DNA of 64,000 nucleotides from Geothrix sp. (GTDB lineage Bacteria; Acidobacteriota; Holophagae; Holophagales; Holophagaceae): NCBI RefSeq assembly GCF_020622065.1, contig NZ_JAHRYQ010000002.1, positions 234,232 to 298,231 of the forward strand, read 5' to 3'. Shown piece by piece: positions 10,167 to 18,000 of this stretch (position 1 is its first letter; each line of letters starts with the position of its first letter). The notes under the pieces were generated by a model. It saw only the letters and a program-made list of their open reading frames with translations, ran no database searches and was not told where the DNA came from. The position numbers and the translations under genes were made by a program.

Positions 10167-11399
10167 ATGACTCCCAAAACACCTAAGGACAACAAGCGGT
10201 CACCTGTCAGGGATCTCACTTCATCAAAGAACGAAACAGAGTCCATCCTATTTACCGATCAGAGCGAGGCCAAAGATGTGGAGTTGGTTTCCGAATCAAG
10301 CGCGACTTTTGCTGCGAGCGGTAAATCGGCTAAACCCATGATAAAACGCCTGCCCGTCGAAACGCAAACCCTTTATAATGAACTTTTGGAACATCTTCAG
10401 GTCGCCGATTTCATGCGGTCATTTTCGGCTTTGAGTGGGAACTTTCTCATCAGAGAGCGTGGAGAAGGTCAATACTGGTACTTCCGAACCTCAGAAGGCC
10501 CTGAAAGTCGTCCCTCGGAGTTTTATCTCGGTCCAGACAACGACGCTACTCGGCTGCTGATGGCAACATATAAAGAAGGAAGAACTGCGGTCATAGATAG
10601 TGAGTCCCGCTCGATACGCTTGACCTCCATGCTCCGTAGCGGTGGTCTAGCCATGACAGACGCCGCCTCTGCAAAGATCATTAAGGGGTTCGGAGCGGCA
10701 GGCGTATTCAAGCTTGGTGGTGTATTGATAGGTACACATGCTTTTGTTGCGATCGGGAACTCATTGGGCGTTAATTGGCCATCTTCAGTCAGCACTCAAG
10801 ATGTCGATTTTGGGACTCCAAGACAAATTGATTTCGGCATTCCTCAAACCCCACAACTTCTTGCTGATTTACCCACAACTGTTGAATCGCTAGCTATGGG
10901 ATTCATTCCACGCATTCATATTCACAATGATGTGAAACCAACATCTTTTGTCGTTCTTGGGAAAGACTGGAGAATTGATCTGTTGACGACACCTCAAGGC
11001 GCTGATCGAGATACTCCCGTATTCATTCCTCGTTTCAAAACACACGCTCAGCCTTTGGCTTTCATGGAGTATTGTCTGGATAAAACCATGAACGCCATTA
11101 TAGTCAATGGCGGTTCAACCCTTGTGAGGGTTCCAGAACCAGCACGATTTGCTATCCACAAACTTCTTGTTGCAAGTAACCGAACAAAGGAATCTTTCTC
11201 GAAAATAGAAAAGGATAGGTTACAGGCGTACTTGGTTCTCAGTTTTTTGGAAGAAGAGAGACCTGGAGACATCACAATAGCAGCCGAAGATGCGTGTAAT
11301 CGAGGTCCAAGTTGGCACAGACGAATCAGAGAGCAAGCATCTAGGCTTCCGCGTGTGATTCCAGAGCTTCAAGATGTCCTAGATAAGGCTAAGCATTAG
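10167..11399 (+). CDS. nucleotidyltransferase-fold protein resembling the GSU2403 / NTP_transf_8 family, with an N-terminal fused module
   Basis: Low-G+C ORF. GGAGG at 10156-10160 favours ATG 10167. Motifs seen: GQYWYFRT...FYLGPDND, GGVLIGTHAFVAIGNSLGV..STQDVDFG (NTase G-x-n-DxD), WRIDLLTTP and VPEPARFAIHKLLVASNR...KDRLQAYLVL. The family assignment is from memory. Confidence 0.6.
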   Translation: MTPKTPKDNKRSPVRDLTSSKNETESILFTDQSEAKDVELVSESSATFAASGKSAKPMIKRLPVETQTLYNELLEHLQVADFMRSFSALSGNFLIRERGEGQYWYFRTSEGPESRPSEFYLGPDNDATRLLMATYKEGRTAVIDSESRSIRLTSMLRSGGLAMTDAASAKIIKGFGAAGVFKLGGVLIGTHAFVAIGNSLGVNWPSSVSTQDVDFGTPRQIDFGIPQTPQLLADLPTTVESLAMGFIPRIHIHNDVKPTSFVVLGKDWRIDLLTTPQGADRDTPVFIPRFKTHAQPLAFMEYCLDKTMNAIIVNGGSTLVRVPEPARFAIHKLLVASNRTKESFSKIEKDRLQAYLVLSFLEEERPGDITIAAEDACNRGPSWHRRIREQASRLPRVIPELQDVLDKAKH

Positions 11400-11549
11400 G
11401 GGTTCCGCTGATTCAGTGGTTGGCTCTCGCCCAATTTCAAGGCTGAACCAAACCGATTATCATGATTATGTACAAATAATTGGAATAAAATTTATTTAAA
11501 TCAATTTGCAACACCTTCAAACTTTACTAATCAATAATTATAGATAATT

Positions 11550-12074
11550 TTATTCCTCATGCGAGGAGTGACTCCACGCATAGCCCTTCCCCTTAGGTAC
11601 TAGCTTTGTCCCCTCGGACTCGAATCCACCTACAAGAAGTCGAAATGGCTTCGGGCGAGGCGGCCCATAAAACAACCCTTGTTCCATTAGATCCAATGGT
11701 TCGGAAATGAAAACAGGATTCTGAGCCTCAGATTTGTTAAATGGGCCATTGAAAATAAGGAGAATAAATTTCTTCGGCGTGTGGCTAGGTATAATCACAG
11801 CAACAGCGAAGTCCTTCTTCCCATCACCATTGAAATCTCCGACCATGTAGTAAGGAGAATAATTTGAGACCGGCTTCCATGGTCCACCCATCCCGCGCCT
11901 AATGGATTGGATTTGCTCCATGCAATCACCGCAATCCTGTTCAGTCGCAAGTCTATAGCCAGGGTGGCTCTTTAGCCAATTTTTTATAATTTTATGGTGC
12001 GCCTGCTGGAGGGTTGGCTCTCTTTGAGTAGATGCTATAGCTAACAGGACTGAAAAAGCTAATGGAGCAAACAT
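11550..12074 (-). CDS. secreted FG-GAP/VCBS-like small protein; candidate immunity protein for the RHS toxin tip
   Basis: ATG 12074 lies 14 nt after the RHS TAA (12089-12091) and is preceded by GGGAG. It has a signal-peptide-like MFAPLAFSVLLAIAS and a GDFNGDGKKDFAV motif. G+C is low, like the toxin tip. Confidence 0.6.
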   Translation of the reverse strand: MFAPLAFSVLLAIASTQREPTLQQAHHKIIKNWLKSHPGYRLATEQDCGDCMEQIQSIRRGMGGPWKPVSNYSPYYMVGDFNGDGKKDFAVAVIIPSHTPKKFILLIFNGPFNKSEAQNPVFISEPLDLMEQGLFYGPPRPKPFRLLVGGFESEGTKLVPKGKGYAWSHSSHEE

Positions 12075-12088
12075 CAAGACGATCTCCC

Positions 12089-15000
12089 TTATAGAATAAT
12101 TCCACCAAACATCCAAGTCTGTAGGGCAATACCGAAATGTCCCACAAAACCCATACTGGGATTAGTGCGCGGACGATTTGGAACACCTCCTCTGAATGGT
12201 AGATCTCCCATACTTCCACCTCTGCCAGGTCGCAATTGGAAGTGGAAGTGTGGACCACTCGACGATGAAGACGGATGAAGTTTCTCATCCAGGCCAAACT
12301 GGGCACCTGCCCTCGCCCCATCAGCCATTGCCTTTTTCGGATCTTTTGCATTGTATCTTATATCCACCGCAAGTCCCTCATAGTGTGGACTCCTGGTGGA
12401 ATGGACCCCATTGGTAGTCGCTGTGACTGTCACACCTTTCGGGAAGTTATCACCTGATTGCTTCACAAACTCCCTAATGAATCCATCCAGGTTATCCGGT
12501 AGAGGGGTTGGAACTTTGCCGGTTGTCTTGAAATCCCCATCCAACGCCTGCCTCCACCTAGGGGTGAAAGAGATATCCCTATCGGAGCCATGAGTGTCAG
12601 GTATGGGTCCGAGGTCGCCATTATTTGTTTGTGCCGTATGGGTTTCAGGTTTTCTCGCTTCCTGCCCCTCCGCGGCATTACTCGCCCCTTCGCTCCCGGC
12701 ACCATTCGTCCCCCGAGTCTCGCTATCGGTTGAAATTGCATCCGCCAGGTATCCCATGATTCCGGACCCGCCGCCAATGGCGGTGCCGCCCGACACGCCA
12801 AAGATGTCCCAGTCCATGGGGTTTGACTGCATGGACATCAGCTGGTCTTGTGCTGCCTTCAAATCTGACCCGAATGCGGCCCGTCCATCCGGGTCTGTCT
12901 TCGTCACGGGATTGTTCGTCACATAGTTGTAGAGGTTCCAGGATTCGGGATCATCTTTGGTCTGGTCGTAGACGGGGTCCACTTGGGCGAATTTCCCGTA
13001 GACGGGAAGGTATTCCCTAGCCTGCATGTAGATCGCCTCACTGTCAGGATCCTCCTCGTGGTTGGTGAAGCGACGAAGGGCCGTTTTCCCCCAGCCGACC
13101 ATCCGCTCGCCGAAAGGAAGATTCTTGGATCGGCCCACGATCGCCCCCAAGGCATCGGTCATCACCGAGGGGCTCCCCACCTGGTCCGACTGGATGAACA
13201 TCGTTCCCACGCCGGGTGAATCCTCCGATAGTTCCTGCCCGAAACCATAGACGATGGTTCGCCTCCAGACCAGGGCTCCGGGAGCTCGCGCCATGACCGT
13301 TACGGTGGCGGTCACGGCTCCAACCAGATTCCTGGCGGTCAGCGTGTAGGTGGTCGTCGCCGCGGGCGACTGCTCGAAGCTGTTCCCCGTCACGGGCACA
13401 CCGTTGATCTCAAGGCCATCGGCTTGGCTCACGGACCACCCCAGGGTGGTGAGCCCTCCCGGCAAGACTTCCTGCGGGTCCGCGTAGAAGTCCTCGATCA
13501 TGGGCAATCCGGCCTCCACCACCACGGTGACCGAGGTACTGACCGAGCCCACGCCATTGGCGGCCCTCAGGACATAGGTCGTTGTCGCTGCGGGAGACAC
13601 CACCAGGCTGTTCCCCGCAACCGGCCCGATCCCCTCAAGGGTGAGCGAGGTGGCGTTTGTGACGCTCCAAGTCAGGGTCGTACTCTGTCCCAAAGCGATG
13701 GTGCTGGCCGTCGCTGAAAACTCGGTGATGCTTGGGGGCGCTGGCGCATTGACCGCCACGGTCACCTGCGCGGTGACGCTCCCTGCAGCATTCGTGGCCG
13801 TCAGCGTGTAGGTCGTGGTCACCTTCGGGAACACCTTGAGATGCCCCTTCCCTGCCACCGCGCCCACACCCTGGTCGATGGAAAGGCGGGTGGCTCCGCT
13901 CGATTTCCAACTCAGGGATGCGCCTTCTCCCGGAAGGATGCTGGCCGGACTGGCGGCGAGGCGGGTGATAGAGGGCTGAGCCAGCACCCTGACCACGACA
14001 GAATCGGCGGAAGCCCGATATCCAGCGGCTCGCGCCCTGAATATCACGGTGTAGCTGCCAGCCTGGGTGAAGGCATGGCTTGTCCTCGTGCCAACCGCTC
14101 GGCTGTGATCGCCGAAGTCCCAACTGCAGGCAGTGCCGAAGGTCGTCTCTCCCGTGAAGGCCACGCTGCTTCCGGGCGCCACGGTGATGGTCGTGGAAGG
14201 TTGCAGGATGGTGGCGCCGGCCGCTGGGTGACGGGTGCGCCCCAAAGTCGTTGTCGATAGGTATTTGGGAGGGCTAATCGGTGCGGGCACGGAAAATTGA
14301 GCCAAGGGCTCCCGGCCGAAACCATAGACCGTGTAATCGATGCTCCCGTCGGCGCGCATGCGCTTGAAGCGAAGGCCTGATGCCTCTAGCAGATAGGAGG
14401 TTCCATTCTCCTTCACCACCCGCCCCGAAGGATCGTAGAGCCAGGAGGCCAGCGCATTGGCGGTACCCGGATAGGCAAACACCTGGCTTAGGCGCCCCAG
14501 CACATCGTACTGACGCCCCGTATCGTAGGTGCCCATGGTCGTGGCCATCGCGGGACTCCCCTGGCTCAGGGCCACGAGGGCACCCGGGAGATCGTTGCCA
14601 ACCATGGAATCGGCCCGCCAGGCGCGAAGCTCCGAAGGCTGGAGGCTGCCCGGTTCACCCTCCGCATAGACGAAATTGGACTGGATTCGGTTCCCGAATG
14701 GATCGTAACCGAACCACTGGTCGACCCGTTCTCCATGGATCCCTACCACGCGACTGGCGCTGAGCCGTTGGAGTTCGTCATAGCTGAAGACATCATCCCC
14801 GCGGCTGAGCATCAGCCCCCCCGCCGACCATGTGATGGCGTTCGTTTCGACCACGCCACCGGGAGCCGCATGCTGCGTCAGAGCCAGCTCATCCTTGTCC
14901 AAGGTCGAGAGCGTGGTGGCGCCGTTGCCGAGGATCAAGGTGTTCGTCACCGCGGTACCTGCAATCTGGTCGTAGATCATCACCCCCCGGAGATTGCCAT

Positions 15001-18000
15001 CGGCTCTAACGCTTCGAGACCGGTTCTGGTTGTCGTAATCCACCGTGACGGTCGAAGCCGGTCGACCTCCCCCTTCTGGGTAGGTAAGGCTCGTCACCTG
15101 CCCGAGGGCATTGAGCGTCTGAGAGACGACGAAACTCTGTTGCCCGTCAGAAACGGATTTCCAATTCAATCGGAAAAGGTCGTCGTATCCATAGGTCTCG
15201 GTCACGGTTTGCGGGGCCCCCCAGATGTCTGGAAGGTCCTGGGTTTCGGATAGCAGCAGGGGCAGGCGGGAGGCGGGATCGTACCCGAAGCGGCGCACGA
15301 CAGATCCCTCAGGGCCTGCCGCCACGACAGAGCTAGGTTGATTGTGGCCATCGAGCGTGGTCGTGAAGGTGTTCCGTACGGTGGCGCCTTCGCGGCCGTA
15401 CTGCTCACTGACGAGTGGGATGCCCAACATCGTGAACTTCGAATAGACGGTGGTCCCTTCCTCCGGCTCCGTCCGGCTGATGAGCCATCCCATGGGGTTG
15501 TAGGCATAGCTGCGCTGCTGCTTGGCCGCTCCATAACCCTGGAGCGTCTGCAGAAGGTGACCATCCTGATCGTAGAAATACTCACTGAGCTGCCCCGCTT
15601 GATCCACCAGGGCGCGTTTCTGACCCAGGAGATCGACTCCTTCCGACCGCATATACCCCCGGTCATCCTGAATGGAGGTCCACACGGCCGCCAGGCCGCT
15701 GATCGAGGTCCACGAGGGCTGCTGAACCGTGTGCTGGAGCAGCCGACCCTGGGTATCCCAGTGGTCCGTCATCCGGCCGCGATCATCGTAGGCCCACCGC
15801 TCCATGCCCCAAGACTGCTGGGTGGGTTTCAGGTTGGGGCTTTGTGCCGTCTTCTGTCCGAAGCCATCGTATTCGAAGGCCTGCTCTCCAACCCTCGACC
15901 CGGCCGCATCGAAGGTGATCACCTTCACGATTCGGCCAAAGGCATCCCATTCCGTGCGGGTGCGCAGCGTCTTGCCGTCGGCGGCCACCGATTCCTCCTT
16001 CCAGCGGCCATTGACATCATAGGTGCTCTCGGTGGTGACCGAGCCGACGACGCCCTTCTGCTGTCGCGCCACCCGCCACTTGCGACCCCAGGCGTTGTAA
16101 TCCGTCCGGGTGGTGATGCCAAGGACATCTGTGTGGGAAATCTCGCGGCCCAGTTGGGCCTCGTAGGTGAACGACTCCACGCGCCCGTCGATCTTGTCCA
16201 GGACGGTGGATGGACCTGCCTGGACATGGGTATCCAGCCAGGTGTGGACCTTCCCTGCCGTGACTTCGGGTCGATCTGGGTTGGGAAGGTACGGGCCACC
16301 AGGCCCTGACAACGGTTCTTTCCGAAGATCCAGGATCAGGGGGAGCCCAGGCACATAGCTTCGAGCCTCAACCGCCGAGAATCCGGCCCGATCCCCCTGC
16401 TGCCGAATGACCCTGCCGAAGTCGTCGTAGTCGTAGGTCGTCGTCCCGAAATCCGCTTGGCCCACTCGGCTGGCCGGTGGAGCCGCCGGGAGTGCCAAGT
16501 TCGCCGAGGCGAAGCGCGCTGTGTGGGTCTGGGCTGAATCCAGCGTCAGGCTCTTCCGGTCCGACTTGACCTGCAGGGCCATCCGGGACCAATCGAAACC
16601 CCGCTGGATCTCGCCGCGCCGCCAGGTGGGCCGGGAGGATTCCATTGACGGGAGGGCATGGCTCCAGATCGGCACAGATGTGCCATCCGGCGTTGGCAGG
16701 GCCTGAGACGGCACATCGGTATATTCGTCGGTGATCACGGGCCCGTATTCATCCCGGGCTCCGGGCGTGTTGGGGTTTCCAGCCAGAGTCATACGGGTGG
16801 GGAGGTCCTTGGTATGAATGGCCGTGCGCAGCGGCACGGCATTGACGGGCAGGCCGTTGGCCAAAGATCCCGACGGGTTGGCCCAGCTCCGCAGATCGAA
16901 GCCATCGTAGACGACCACTTGGAACGGGGCAGAGCCCAGGTCTGAAGGCCGGAGCACGGACAGACCCGTGCCCGCCAGGTTCTCTTCGAAAATGACGGCC
17001 ATCGTGGCGAACAGATAGCCCTGAAGGCCGTTCAAGTCCAGATCCTCCCGATAGGAGGGGTGGGTCAGCCGAACCGCCCGATAGGGTGACCCCGAATCCG
17101 GCTGTGCCACGGGATAGTGCAGGATGGCGGTCGAGCTCTCGTATTCCTTGCATGTCCAGAGTGTGCGGGTCTGGCCGAGTGGCGTCCCATCCCACCAGGG
17201 GCGCACCCGCAGGATTTGATAGCATTCCCCCGGGGTGGATCCGACCATGTCCTGCCGGGAGATCCGGGCCACGCTGCGCGAAACGAAGGCGCCGAGTTCT
17301 TCCTCCTGGGCGTAGACTCCCCGCACATGCCGGAACCCCATCCAGGCACCATCGCATTCGCTGAAGCTCAGGGCCGAGAGGTGGACCGCGGAATCGTATT
17401 GAAAGGTCTCCCGAAGCCCGTTGGGGTAGTCGATTTGTTTCAGGTTGCCCATGGGCCAGGGACCCTCGCCCCAATCGAAGCCGAGCCTCTGGGAGGACTG
17501 GTCCTCGGCGGTGTGCGTAATCGCAAGAGGCACGAACCCGTAGTCCCAGGTGTATTCAGGCTCAGGGGCCGCCTGCGGATCGTACCCAGGGCAGGCGCTG
17601 GCCGGTTTCGGAACAAAGCGCTGCTTGGAGGCATAGTCCCCCGGAAGGGTTGCTTTGGGCAGGCCGAGCGTGTTCGTCACTTCCATCTGGCCGGTCGAGC
17701 GGAGGTCGACGGGGTAGTCGTATGGCAGACCGCTGCGAGCATCGGTACCGGATTTCCGATGGGTGACCGGCAGGCCCGACGGGGTCACGGACAGGGTCAA
17801 GGTGTTGCCCGGCGCCACCTGATCCTGGATCACGATGGTGGTGAGAACCTGGAAATCAGGTGCTACTGTCGTTTCGGATTCATCCACAGTGATGTGATCT
17901 CCCCAGCGATTGCTGAAGTGCGTCCGTGCATGTCCGAAGGGAACGATGCCATTTCCCCGCTGGGTCCAGATGGCATTGGGGCCATCGATGATCGCGTAGC

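Noticed and set aside
12075-12116. Longer form of the immunity ORF starting at 12116 (MDVWWNYSIREIVLM...)
   Set aside because: It would overlap the toxin 3' end by 28 nt and lacks an SD. ATG 12074 has GGGAG at optimal spacing and begins the signal peptide. It is kept only as an alternative.
11992-12351. 119-aa minus-strand ORF overlapping the RHS 3' end and the immunity gene start
   Set aside because: It is out of frame with both better-supported genes and has no SD-positioned start. It would require a triple overlap.
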